Shown here piece after piece: positions 1 to 12,598 of a stretch of 64,000 nucleotides of DNA. How positions within the stretch are numbered: position 1 is the stretch's first letter; each line of letters starts with the position of its first letter. The position numbers and the translations under genes are program-made. This DNA comes from Chiloscyllium plagiosum (taxonomy: Eukaryota), in assembly GCF_004010195.1 (NCBI RefSeq), contig NC_057721.1, forward strand, positions 43,967,761 to 44,031,760, in the 5' to 3' direction. Under the pieces are notes generated by a model. It did not search any database, was not told the origin of the DNA, and was given only the letters and a program-made list of their open reading frames with translations.

Positions 1-198
1 AGGGGGGGCGTGGACCTGACCAGGTAGTCACGAAGGGAACGGTCTTTGCGGAAGGCAGAAAGGGGTGGGGAGGGAAATATATCCCTGGTGGTGGGATCTT
101 TTTGGAGGTGGCGGATGATTTGGATTATGCGAAGGTTGGTAGGGTGGTAGGTGAGCACCAGGGGTGTTCTGTCCTTGTTACGGTTGGAGGGGTGGGGT
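1..198 (-). mobile_element. Penelope-like element fragment (RT to GIY-YIG linker)
   Basis: Reverse strand reads PHPSNRNKDRTPLVLTYHPTNLRI...DPTTRDIFPSPPLSAFRKDRSLRDYLVRS; homologous to about 57840-58040. Confidence 0.85.
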
Positions 199-204
199 CT
201 CCAT

Positions 205-625
205 CCAGGTCAAAACACTCTGCTTGTTTGGCACCACAAATGTTCATTCCCTCTACTAGCATACAGCAAATGAATATCATCAACAAGATGCACTGTAGAA
301 GTTCAAAGATCCTTAGACAGCAGCTTTCAAACCCACAACCAGTGCCATTTAGAAAGAGAAGGGCAGCAAATATATGGGAACACCCCCACTTGCCTCCAAG
401 TTCCCCTTCAAGCCACTCTCTATCCTGACTTTGAAATGTATTGCCATTCCTCTACTGTCACTGGATCAGAATCCTGGAAATTCCCCACCCTAAAGGTATT
501 GTGGATCCACCAGCACATGGATTTCTGTGATTCACGGAGGCAGTTCATCACCACCTTCTTGAGGGCAACTATGTATGGTTAGTAAATGCTGGCCCGACCA
601 GGGAAGCCCACATCACAAATGATTT
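205..625 (+). mobile_element. 3' end of CR1/L2-like LINE (family B)
   Basis: aagatgcactg...cttagacagcagctttcaaaccca...gggcaact...taaatgctggcc. Related copies at 9605-9955 (+), 19838-20230 (-) and 37775-38190 (-). Confidence 0.75.
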
Positions 626-1014
626 TTTTTTTAAAAAGCCATGTTGCAACTCTGCTTGACAGTTAATATGCTTTGTCATGTTGCACACAATCAGTTGGTT
701 TGCTGTAATCGTCTGCTTAATAACTTATTTGTTTTACTGTTGTTTAAAATGGGGTTAAACAGTGGCTCCTTGGAAATTGCTAGTTCGCCCATTATCACTA
801 ACATTGTTAAAAATTATTCTCTTTTCTGCCCACAACCATCCAGTCTCCCTTGCTAGCTTGTTGTTCCTAATGCTCTGGGCAAGGGAAAGGGTGGGTGATA
901 TGACCATCATCTCAGATGTCTAGTTCAGAAACACTTATCCATCTGAAGTGTTGTGAAGGGTTCAGTTGACTTTTGATTGGTGAACCTTTCACCTGAAAAT
1001 GCAATTAACAAATC

Positions 1015-1535
1015 ATTAGAATCAGTCATACAGCACAGAAACAGACCCTTCAGTCCAACTCATCCATGCTAACCAAGTTTCCCAAACTAAACTAGTCACA
1101 CTTGTCTGCATTTGGCTGATATTCCTCAAAGCTTTCTTATTAATTTACCTATCCAAATGTCTTTTAAATGTTGTAACTGTACCTGCATCTACCACTTTCA
1201 CTGGCAGTTAACCACACATATGAATCGCCGTGTGGAAAAAGTTGAGCCCCTCCCCCCCCCTCCCGCCCATCCCTTTTAAATCTATCTTCTCTCTCCTTGA
1301 AAATATGTCCCCTACTTTCGAACTCTTCCCCACTGTCAATCTTTGCTGTTCACCTTGTCTATACCCCTCATGATTTTATAAACCTCTATAAGGTCATCCC
1401 TCAATCTTCTACCCTCCAGTGAACAAAGTCCCAGCCTCTCCTTATAACTCAAACCTTTCATTCCTGGCAACAACCCTTTCCAATTTAATAATCTCCCTCC
1501 TGTAGCATGGTGGCCAGAATTGTGTATAGTACTAC
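1015..1535 (-). mobile_element. CR1 (HER1-like) LINE 3' fragment
   Basis: agtcata...gaaacagacccttcagtccaac tail, homologous to 7674-8200. Confidence 0.85.
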
Positions 1536-1539
1536 AATT

Positions 1540-3890
1540 GGGAAAACGTTAGCACAGTGTTTTAAAAATTTTATATTGTAATCAAGCAGAGTCAGCATGG
1601 CTTCATGAAGGGGAAATCAAGCCTGACACAAAAGAATTAGAATTCCTTTGAGGTGGTAACAAGCAGGATTGATGAAGGGAAACCAGAAGATCCAATATCT
1701 TTGGATTTCCAAAAGGCATTGGATAGGTAGACAAAACTATTTAACCAAATCCCACAGTGTTTAAGGTAGTATATTAACATAGCTTTTTAAAAAAATTGGC
1801 TAATTAGCAGAAGACCAAAGTTATAACAATGGGACCATTTTCAGGGTGGCAATCTGGAACCAGTGGTATCACAGGGATCATAAATATTTACAAAAATATA
1901 TTAAGGTGGAAGCTGGTACAATTGCAACATGTAAGAGGCATTTGGATGGGTATATGAATAGGAAGGGTTTGGAGGGATATGGGCCGGGTGCTGGTAGGTG
2001 GGACTAGATTGGGTTGGGATATCTGGCCGGCATGGACGGGTTGGACTGAAGGGTCTGTTTCCGTGCTGTACATCTCTGATTCTATAACTTGGAAGAGGAA
2101 AATATATGATCACCAAGTTTGTGAATGATACAAATAAAATGGGAAGGCGAGTAGCAAGGATGACCAAAGACCCTACAAAGGTATTTAAACAGGCTAAATG
2201 ATGATTTCACCCGGCTTAGTTTGTGTTGGCACACGTGACTAATGTTGATTATGCCACACTTATTTATGTCGGTATACAAGTTGCTCAATATAAAAGATCC
2301 ATTTACATTTATATTAAAAATTGCATCTTCCATCCATGTCATAGTAGTCAACTTATTGCACAAAATGAGTGGCATATTTTGCATAAGACCCATTTAAAGG
2401 ATTTGTATCTAAAATGGTCAGACCAGGTACATCTAGTAGTGCTGATGCATACACTTTTGAACGTTTGCCTAAAGAATAGGCCATGAAAAGCCAGGGGTGC
2501 TTTGTTTCATACATGGGAACATTAAACATATAAAGGACATTATTTTGCATTTGTATAGAACATTGGTTAGAAAACCTGCAGTAGTTTGCACAATTCTGGG
2601 CACTCCTGTTGTCAGGAGGATTTTGGAATGAAGGAAATACAGAGCTATTTAGATTTCAGGGAAATCATGCTTGGAATGGGAGGTGATTGTTGAGGCTTGA
2701 ATATTGATCCCGTTCTTTAACCACAGGAATGTAGGATTTTGAGTGGATCCAGTTGTTTTTTTTGAATTATGCAAGATTTTGAGGAAGTAAATATCAAATG
2801 AGATTAGAAAGCGATCTTGATCAGTTGAGTCAGTGAGCTGAGGAGTGGTAGATGGAGTTTGGTTTGTATAAATGTAAGATATTGCATTTTGGTAATACAA
2901 ACAAGGTCAGGACTTAGACAATAAGTGGTCGGGCCGTGGGTCAAGCAGGGAGACCGAGGAGTTCAGGTGTATGATCTTTGAAATTTGAGTCATAGGTAGA
3001 TGGGTTGGTTAAGGTGTTTAGCATGTTTGCCTTCATTGCTCAGACCATTGAGTTGGGATGCCCTGTTGAGGTTGTACAGGATGTTGGTGAGGCCTCTTCT
3101 GGAGTAGTGTGTGCAAGTCTGGTCAGCCTGTTATAGGAAGATAGTAAACTTGAGAGGGTACAGCAAAGACTTACCAGGATGTTGCTGGGAATGGAAGATT
3201 TGAGATACAAAAATAGACTAGAAGGATTGGGGCATTTCTTCACCAGAGTGTAGGAGGTTGCAGGGTGACCGTTTATTGAGGTTTATACAATTGTGAGGGG
3301 CTTAGGTAATGTCTATCATAAGGGCAGTTCAAGACTAGGGGGCATATTTTTCAGATGAGAGGAGAATGTTTGTTTTTTCTTTCAGTAGCTTGTGTGGAAT
3401 AATCTGTTGAGGAAGTGGTGGATGCAGGTACAGTTACAACATTAGATTAGATCAGATTCCTACAGTGTGCACCGACCCTCCAAAGAGCAACCCACCCAGA
3501 CCCATTCCCCATATTCACCCCTGATTAATGCACCTAATACTACAGGCAATTTAGCATGGCCAATTAACCTGCACATCTTTGGACTGTGGGAGGAAACTGG
3601 AACACCCAGAGGAAACCCACACAGACACTGGGAGAATGTACAAACTCCACACAGTCACCCAAGGCTGGAATCGAACCTGGGTTCCTGGCACTGAGACAGC
3701 AGTGCTAACCACTAAGCCATCGTGCTGCCCCAAGACGTTAAAAGACATTTTGGATAAGTACATCAGTGGGAAAGATTTAGAGGGATATGGGCCAAAAACA
3801 GGCAAGTGGGGCTAGTTTAGTTTGGGAACGTGGTCAGCATGGACTAGTTGGACCAAAGGTTCTGTTTCTATGCTGCATGACTGTCTGACT
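1540..3890 (+). mobile_element. Nested, decayed CR1 RT and 3' fragments, including a young CR1 tail at 1905-2086
   Basis: QSQHGFMKGKS and LDFQKA remnants at about 1585-1720; WxMEF...ILHFG at about 2845-2895; 3' tails ending about 2086 and 3890. Confidence 0.75.
3441..3731 (-). mobile_element. tRNA-derived V-SINE (HE1-like) inserted in CR1
   Basis: Reverse strand shows an A box (tggcttagtgg), a B box (ggttcgattcc), the V-domain gtgtggagtttg...gtttcctcccacagtccaaag and a short-repeat tail. Confidence 0.88.
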
Positions 3891-5359
3891 ACACGAAACC
3901 TTTCATACAGTGAATTGACTGCCTACAAAAGTCATATATTTCAAAGTTCTGACAAGAGGACAGGTGAGGAAGGTTGAGGGAAGTAAAGGTTACGCAATGC
4001 TTTTCTCAGTTAGTGAGACAGAGATAATGATGTCACTTTAAAGTGAAATTGGAAAGGGATTTGAAAAGGCTGAATGCAGTAATTTGTAGCCAAAGATGGG
4101 GGAAATAGAACTGAAATGAAGAGCTGGCCAATTGACCTCTTCCCAAGATTGAAATTAATCCTATTTATACCCATCCATAATTGTTTGTCTGTTTAAAAAT
4201 TTTGGATGATTTGTTATAAAATGAGTCAGTCTAAATTCACTGGAAACATTCGTAGAGTGTCATTGTGGATATTATAGGGCTTGTTTTTCTTGTCTATATT
4301 TCTTGTTATATAAGACAACAGCATTTTGACCAAGAATACAACTTGAATTATGGTCAACTTGCTTGAAATGGATGTTGGATCTACATAACTCTATTTGAAA
4401 TGGGAAGCATGTTCCCATGTAAGCACTTAGTTGTGTGGTTAATTGGAGATACTGAATTCCAGTAACTGTCTGGACACTCTTGCAATGGAGTCAGAATAAT
4501 GAGCAAGTGCTGATGAAATGAGCTCCAGTAAAAGTTGTAAATGAGGGAAAGTTCTTTCCACACAGTAATATGAACCCATGCTGGCTAGTGAACTGAAGCC
4601 AGGATTGAGCTAACAGTGAACAGATCTGGTGATCTACTTCACTGACTACTGCTACCAGCGTCATGTTTTTTGCTTGATGCTTGGGAAACCCCATGTCATA
4701 AGGGTGTGGATATTGAAAACCGCATAAATAAATCTCTCTGCAATATGGTTTTATATAGCAAAATGCAAGCCAAGCAGTCAGCAAATGATTTGGAAATTAA
4801 GGTTAATCACTGGCTTTTTAGTCGATTTGAGGGGACAATGTCCCCTCCAGTGTGCAGTGTTTGTATCTTCACCAGTTCATGAGTTTATACTGGGGTCCCA
4901 GTATTGGAAGTTATCTGTGTGATAGCTAACCTGTTTAGCAAGGGCCACTCAACATGATGATTGAAAGGCTACCATCTAACATTGGGAACTTTGTTTGCGA
5001 CTCCCTATCTTTCCTATTCCTTGATCCAAAGAATGTCTACTGATCGATAGCTCTTACGATGACTTGCCCATTTTCACGTCATGACTCGAAATGGTCAATA
5101 GTTGGAGTGAGTGTTTCATCATGGAGTGGAAAGGGACGTGTAACAAGTGGTTTAAACCTGGGCATAGGTTTTTGTCAGTTGGTGTATGTCTGTAAATTGC
5201 TGTCTGTGAGGAAGTTAGCAGAAGTGTGTTGAGGGGGTTCCGGTTCAATAAGACAATGGTACTTGATGGATTTAATGAAAAACACTTTTTGTACGCAGTT
5301 CATCTGAGCCAGTCACCTTAATGAACTGAATCCTGAGTACAGGTACTAAAGGAGAACTT

Positions 5360-5600
5360 GGTCTTTCAGTTGGGACATTAAGCTGGGGTCCCAAATGCCC
5401 CCTCAAGTAGGTATTAAAGATCCCCTGGCATTGTGAATGAATGGTGGGCAATAATTGTTGACCTTGCCAGCTATGTGCATGTCCTGTGAATGACTTTAAT
5501 TTGAAGCATGGGAGTTCTTACTGGTGTCCTGGCTAATAGGTACTCCTCACTAACCTCAATCCAGTTGTTATTATTGCTGTTTGTGGGATATTGCTGTATT
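5360..5600 (+). mobile_element. Deu-domain SINE remnant (SacSINE1/AmnSINE1-like)
   Basis: gtctttcagttgggacattaag...taaagatcccctggca...ggtgtcctggctaata...ttgctgtttgtggga resembles the Deu core as I recall it; diverged. Confidence 0.55.
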
Positions 5601-7671
5601 TGAAAATCTGCAAGTGTCAAATCAAAGTTTGACTTTTCCTCCCATTTTTAAAAAAGAGAATTAGTCTTGATGATTCTCCTCGACTAACACATCTTAAATC
5701 TGAGGTACTAGTTTGATCATGTTCTTTTCATTGATATTGATCAGATTAACTGATGTGTTCAAGAAAGTATTCTGTTTTGGTTTATGGGATTATTTTCACT
5801 CTATACTCCCAACGGAAGAAGTGTTCACTAGGGAATTCTGAAATATCGTTCAGATTCTAGGGACTTTTCAGCTTATGCCTAATTTTTTTTGACAGATTGT
5901 ATGATGAAGTGCTGCATGGGGTTGCTCACAAGGCAGGGGTGTGTGTGAAGGGGGATAGGAATGAGGATACTGGTGAAGTCCACATTTTAATAATAGGCTA
6001 GCTCCTAAATCTGTTAATTATTTGTGTATATTGTTATTTTCCTTACTGTATGCAAATCTCAATATTGATATAAACATTTGCTTTTAGAGAGTCAATTGTT
6101 TGTTTTTGTTTTTTGCCTCTGGATCAACTATTTCAGTTCCCATCTGGGGAAGCAAAATCAGGATTGTAACAAACCCATGACAGTTACATTTTAACAAAAC
6201 TGCCTCTTGCAATACTCCAAGGTAGAGCACCATTTATGTAAATTCTAATTATTTCTCTCGCGCACGCTCTCTCCTGAAATCAAAATCAGGAGGTATACAT
6301 TTTGTGCCCGATGAATCAAACATGGTAGACTCTTTCATATCTGACCTCAGTCAATATGAACCCACCAATTTCACCACAATTGTGCTGTAAGCGGTGCTTC
6401 ATGTGTATTGCTGATAATAGTACTCCTTTCCCTTTGGTGTTGAAGGTTGTGTTTTCCTTCAGTGTTCTGGTGTTGGTGCCCTCCCTTGTGTATTGCCTTT
6501 AATGGTTTTCTCTTGCTCTCTTTTCCTTCTCATATTTTACAAGGGAAGATGAGAACAGCAAGATTTTTCAAACCTCTAATAACACCAGCTGATTACATAT
6601 TGATCATATTTAAGTTCAAGAAAAGGCTATTCAAACTCAAAAACAAATTAATTCCTCAAAAATAGATGATGTATATTCTAAAGTGTTTGGACCTTTTTTA
6701 GTTACAAATCTGCAGTTCAATTGTAGCTATAAGGAAGCCATTGGACATTGAAGAGGCACCAGTTGGATGGGAAGAACATGTACTGATGTTCAGAAAGGGT
6801 GGCAACAGCAACTTGAAACTAAGGGTTAATTCTCAGGAGTAAATGAGAACACATCTGTATAGTAGCAAGCTAGTAAACAGTCAATATTGATGCAGTAGGG
6901 CATGTTGCCACCTGACTTAATTGAGTAGCTGTCAATCCAAATATATTTTCAAGTCACATAATGTATACCTCAATTTCTATAAATTTTGATAAATGTATCT
7001 GCAAAGATTCACCTTTTTAATCCTTTTTAAAGCTGAGGAATCTAGGATACATCTGAGAATGGCTTCAACCAAACACTTGTTCAATGCTAGTAAATGACTG
7101 TCATGGGTCTGTTACTATCCTGGAATTGTCAGAATTTTACAGATCTGGGCAGGGAGTGAGGGGGGAATGGTAGTGGTCATTGTTGGGGAAAGCTCTGAGT
7201 GAATAGTTGTTTCTAATTTGACTTATTGTTGTATATTTACACCAAGTAAGACTTAACACGTGCTCAGCTGTAGCCAGCCATTATAAAACTAGCTTCAGCA
7301 ACAACTAGCCAGTACAGACAGAAAGATAGCAATATTCAGATCTTCCAACATAACATTGTTTAAGTGGACAATGGTACAACCCACTGGGGTATCAGGCTAT
7401 AAGCTGAGCCCTGTTATTCCTGGAGTTGTACAACATACTAAGTTTCTTTTTCAAAGTGTGTACACTATCCCAATTTACATGAGGTTTGGATCCAGATTGA
7501 TGGGCAACACAGATCAGATTTCTGGACTGAACACTAGTTATTTATTAAAGTAATTAATCTATAGCTACAGGTATACAGATACAAACCATTGGCATGTAAC
7601 ACTAACTAAAACTCTAGTCACCCTGAAATTCTCCCTAATACACAAGCAACAAATAGAAAAAAGCAATTATT

Positions 7672-9442
7672 AAAGTCATAGATGTACAGCATGGAAACAG
7701 ACCCTTCGGTCCAACCAGCTATCCCAACTCGATCTAGTCCCACCTGCCAGCACCCGGCCCATATCCCTCCAAACCCTTCCTATTCATATACCCATCCAAA
7801 TGCCTTTTAAATGTTGCAATTGTACCAGCTTCCACCACATCCTCTGGCAGCTCATTCCATACACGTACCACCCTCTGTGTGAAACAGTTGCCCCTTAGGT
7901 CTCTTTTTTTTTTATATATATCTTTCCCCTCTCACCCTAAACCTATACAGTCTAGTTCTGGACTCTCTGGCCCCAGAGAGAGAATTTGTCTATTTATCCT
8001 ATCTATACCCCCTCATAATTATGTAAACCTCTATAAGGTCACCCCTCAGCCTCCGCTCCTGGGAAAACAGCCCCAGCCTGTTCAGCCTCTCCCCATAGCT
8101 CAAATCCTCCAACCCTGGCAACATCCTTGTAAATCTTTTCTGAACCCTTTCAAGTTTCACAACATCTTTCCGATAGGAAGGAGACCAGAATTGCACGCAG
8201 TATTCCAACAGTAGCCGAACCAATGTCCTGTACAGCCACAACATGACCTCCTGACTCCTGTACTCAATACTCTGACCAATAAAAGAAAGCATACCAAATG
8301 CTGCCTTCACTATCCTATCTACCTGTGACTCCACTTTCAAGGAGCTATGAACCTATACTCCAATGTCTCTTTGTTCAGCAGCACTCCCTGGACCTTAAGT
8401 GTATAAGGCCTGCTAAGATTTGCTTTCCCAAAATGCAGTACCTTGCATTTATCTGAATTAAACTCCATCTGCCACTTCTCAGCCCATTGGCCCATCTGGT
8501 CACGATCCTGTTGTAATCTGAGGTAACCTTCTTTGCTGTCCACTACACCTCCAATTTTGGTGTCATCTGCAAACTTGCTAACTGTACCTCTTGTGCTCGC
8601 ATCCAAATCATTTATGTAAATGACAAAAAGTAGAGGACCCAGCACCGATCCTTGTGGCACTCCACTGGTCTCAGGCCTCCAGTCTGAAAAGCAATCCTCC
8701 ACCACCACCCTCTGTCTTCTACCTTTGAGCCAGTTCTGTATCCAAATGGTGAGTTCTCCCTGTATTCCATGAGATCTTACCTTGCTAACCAGTCTCCCAT
8801 GGGGAACCTTGTTGAACCCCTTACTGAATTCCATATAGATCACATCTACCGCTCTGCCCTCGTCAATCCTCTTTATTTCCTCAAAAAACTCAATCAAGTT
8901 TGTGAGACATGATTTCCCACATACAAAGCCATGTTGACTATCCCTAATCAGTCCTTGCCTTTCCAAATACATGTACATCCTGTCCGTCAGGATTCCCTCC
9001 AATAACTTGCCCACCACCGACGTCAGGCTCACTGGTCTATAGTTCCCTGGCTTGTCCTTACCACCCTTAAACAGTGGCACCGCATTAGCCAACCTCCAGT
9101 CTTCCGGCACCTCACCTGTGACTATCGATGATACAAATATCTCAGCAAGAGGGCCCAACAATCACTTCTCTCACTTCCCACCGAGTTCTAGGGTACACCT
9201 GATCAGGTCCTGGGGATTTGTCCACCTTTGTGCATTTCAAGACATCCAGTACTTCCTCCTCTGTAATGTGGACACTTTGCAAGGTGTCACCATCTATTTT
9301 CCTACTTTGTATATCTTCCATATCCTTTTCCACAGTAAATACTGATGCAAAGTACTTATTTAGTATCTGCCCCCTCTCCTGTGGCTCCACACAAAGGCCA
9401 CCTTGCTGATCTTTGAGGGGCCCTATTCTCTCCCCAGTTACC
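7672..9442 (-). mobile_element. 5'-truncated CR1 (HER1-like) LINE with nearly intact RT domain
   Basis: ORFs 9142-9483, 8337-9161 and 7999-8340 contain KSPGPD, NYRPVSLTSVVGKLLE, QHGF, GVPQGSVLGPLLF, FADDTK and LERVQKRFTRM, with frameshifts. Flanked by CAATTATT at 7664-7671 and 9443-9450. Confidence 0.97.
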
Positions 9443-9604
9443 CAATTATTGGCAGAGATTGAAAACCTGGAATGTTGTTGCATCAGTTCTGATATTGAGG
9501 TAGTTCTTTGACTGTCCAGACATTCCTTTATTGTTCAGATATCTTTTTTTCTTTGGGTGTGTCTACTAGTCTCTAAGAAATAGAGTAACTAATTCAGCAC
9601 ACTT

Positions 9605-9955
9605 GATTAGCACCACATCCACAAGCATCTACTCCCTTCACCACAAAAATCAGTAGCAGGAGTATGCACAATCGACGAGATGCACTGCAGAAATTCAACA
9701 AAGATCATTAGCCGGTCTCTTCCAAACCTATGACTGCTGTAATCTAAGAGGGCAAAAGCGGCAGTTACCTGGGATACGTACTGCACCTGCAAGTTCTCCT
9801 CCAAGCCACTCCCCACCCTGTCTTGGAAATATGTTCCTTCGCTGTTGCTGAGTCAAATCCTAGAATTCCTGCCCTATGGGCATTGTGGATCAACCTTCTC
9901 CAGGGCAACAAGGGATAGGCACTAAATGCTGGCCAGCCAGCAATTCCCACATCTG
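9605..9955 (+). mobile_element. 3' end of CR1/L2-like LINE (family B)
   Basis: Homologous to 205-625; ends gggcaacaagggataggcactaaatgctggccagcc. Confidence 0.75.
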
Positions 9956-11805
9956 AAATTGTTTTTAAAAACTCAGTTGGAACATGTCTTTATCAATGTA
10001 AAAGTCACAGCAACTGCTGTAGGAAAAGTAACTGGTGTTCTTCAGTGTTAAAATTAGTTGTTTTGACTGCTCAGATCAGGTGGCTTCTAGGCTGGGAGGA
10101 GACCTGGACACTTCAGTCCCTCTCACCAGTCAGTTGTGTTCTTGCTGGTCAGTAACTCTTTTGTAACTTGTTTCCAGCTCCAAGTTGCTCAGCCTCTCTA
10201 GACTCAATCTCAGTTGGCAAGCAGGGGGTCAATCATTGACCACTGCCACCAAGAACTACATCAGTAGGAGTCCTCCCCTCCCAGATGTTCAGAAAGTTTG
10301 AGCTTCAATGACTGGGGTTGTTCAAATTACCTACTGTGGATGTCCGATTATCTGTTTTCAATACTGCAGCCGACTTTTCCAACACTGGTTTTGAAAACAG
10401 TTTCTTATTTCAGTCCACTTTTTAAAAACAAAAATTTTAAGTCTTCACAATATGTAACATATTTTGCAGAACACTTGTCAGAAGAAATATCAACGATACC
10501 TGAAATGTAACAGATTAGTTTGCACATTTTATTTTTTAGAATAATCGCAACTCAAATATTCATGACTGTTACAGTCGGAGGAATCTACATGGGTTTTTTT
10601 TTAACAAATTTCTAGCAACATTGCGTTTAACAGAGTCACCTAATTTGTAAATAAATATTGAAAAGGACCACTTTTTTTCCCCCTTCTTCCTACATGCTTT
10701 CAATTAACTTATCTGACCCCCTTCTTTCTGCTGAGGTGATTTGGAGTTGTCAACTGTTTGGAAATTTCTTCAATTTTATTTTCACTGGAGTGTGAATCAT
10801 TATGTGAACTCTGCCAAGGTCATACAGTGGTACTGCAGCTCCGAACAAGAATTAGTATAGACTAAAATCCAGGACCCCAGTCATGGCAATACCAGTGCTA
10901 AATTATCATGATCTATATGAGTGAGACAGGGTGTGAAACAGCGCTAATGTAGGAAGGTCAACCAGTTGCATTTGCATCCATAAAGTATGTTATGCCCTGA
11001 TCAAGAGAGAATGCCCAGACCTTGTTTGTTGCTTCTGAATATTTTCATCAGTTTACAAGTGGAAGAGATAAAGTGACAGTTGAGTCTGAATGCAAGCCAC
11101 TTCAGAGCATCTTCCTTAGCCACCACCCTTTGCTCCACTTGCAGCGAATGTTAGGGCTACCATCCAAATGTTACACACCAGTAAGGAAAACTGATGTGTA
11201 TTGCAGACATGCTGTTGAGAGCACACTCAGTAAAGACTGCACAGTGCTACAAAAGATTGAAATCTTCCAGATTCGACACAAATCAGCAGTCAACAATTGC
11301 GCAGAGACTCTAAGAGGCAAGAGCCTTAGTCCAATCAAACAAGCTATCCAAGAAGATGTAAATCTCTAACCCTAAGTATTGAAGGAAGCTATGATAAAAG
11401 GATGGCTAGGGAGCATTAAGTGCACATCCTTTTGCTGTATTGGGTACATCGAGATGAATTGACAACCCAATATAACATGTACAAAGGAAATAGCTATTTC
11501 TCCTGAAGGAGTTGAGGAGTGCTGTTTAAAGCCCATCCATATGAGTCACCAGTGAATGTAAGTAAAGTCTGAGGAAATAAAGAAATATCCTTTTTTACTA
11601 GCCAAAAATGAGCAATAAAATAAAGGGCCATATCAGCTAGTACAGCCTGCAATGAATACCAAACTGAGCAAGCTAGAGAGGTGTTGATAATGTGTGACAT
11701 CCCAGACAGACTGTGGATGGAGTTGGGTATAAATTTCTTCACGCTTAAGAACTGATTTGTCTTGTCGTAGGACTGTACAATGCTGGGAGGTGGACTGATT
11801 ACTTC

Positions 11806-11840
11806 AGTCCTGAAGAAGGGTTACACCCGAAACATTGACT
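11806..11840 (+). ncRNA. Minimal type I hammerhead ribozyme motif (PLE type)
   Basis: AGTC-CTGAAGA-A-GGG(TTACA)CCC-GAAA-CATT-GACT: helix I, catalytic core, helix II and GAAA present; no stable helix III. Confidence 0.7.
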
Positions 11841-11932
11841 TCTCACTTCCTGATGCTGCCTGGCTTGCTGTGTTCTTCCAGTCTCCTGCTTGCCTACCTT
11901 GGATTTGAGCATCTGCAGTTTTTCTGTAAAAT
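11809..11932 (+). mobile_element. Short Penelope pLTR-derived insertion with 14-bp TSD
   Basis: CTGATTACTTCAGT at 11795-11808 and 11933-11946. Body ctgatgctgcctggcttgctgtgttcttccag...gcatctgcagt matches the PLE terminus at 57038-57167. Confidence 0.88.
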
Positions 11933-12377
11933 CTGATTACTTCAGTAGCTGCTACTGAGATTGTTGAATGCCTTAAAGTGCACTTCAGTCATTATGGCAT
12001 TCCTGATATTGTTGTGAGCAATGAAGACCCTCTACTCATGAGTGAAAAAGTTCAATCACTTCATGAAAGGTTGGGAAATTCAACAGTGCACATCATTTCC
12101 ACACTCTGTCCCCTGTCAAATGGAAAGCTTGAGGTGGCAGTGAAAATTGAAGGATGAATGAATCCCACAAAGATAAACAATCCCCAGGTGGAGAAACACA
12201 ATCTGAAGGCATGGAGAGTAGGACAGGACAGTTGTCACCATGTATGTATTTTTCTACTCTAACTTCCAAAAGCAAAAAGGCTACTTAAACCAGAAATAGT
12301 AACAGGTAAGTGAGAGAAAATTAAGTTGAAACATCAAAATTTTCATTTCATTTTGACAAGACTGTGTTTAAACAATT

Positions 12378-12598
12378 ATGATTTGGAGATGCCTGTGTTG
12401 GACTGGGGTGTACAAAGTTAAAAATCTCAACACCTGGTTATAGTCCAACAGGTTTAACTGGAAGCACACTAGCTTTCGGAGCAACGCTCCTTCATGTACC
12501 ACCTGATGAAGGAGCATCACTCCAAAAGCTAGTGTGCTTCCAGTTAAACCTGTTGGACTATAGCCTAGTGTTGTGTGATTTTTAACTTTAACTTTAAC
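12378..12598. mobile_element. Fold-back Penelope pLTR element (family 2) with 11-bp TSD and hammerhead motif
   Basis: Inverted arms of about 80 bp (~12417-12495 and 12506-12586). TTTAAACAATT at 12367-12377 and 12599-12609. CAC-CTGATGA-A-GGAG...CTCC-AAAA-GCTA-GTG at 12500-12534. Confidence 0.85.

Noticed and set aside
3660-3731. tRNA-like A/B boxes (also near 27095 and 60840)
   Set aside because: These are SINE heads fused to a V-domain; no complete cloverleaf.
7200-7660. Possible solo LTR
   Set aside because: No clear TG...CA termini or TSD.
8337-9161. 274-aa reverse transcriptase ORF as a host gene or novel RT system
   Set aside because: Standard CR1 ORF2 fragment with flanking frameshifts, 5' truncation and many paralogous copies in the window.
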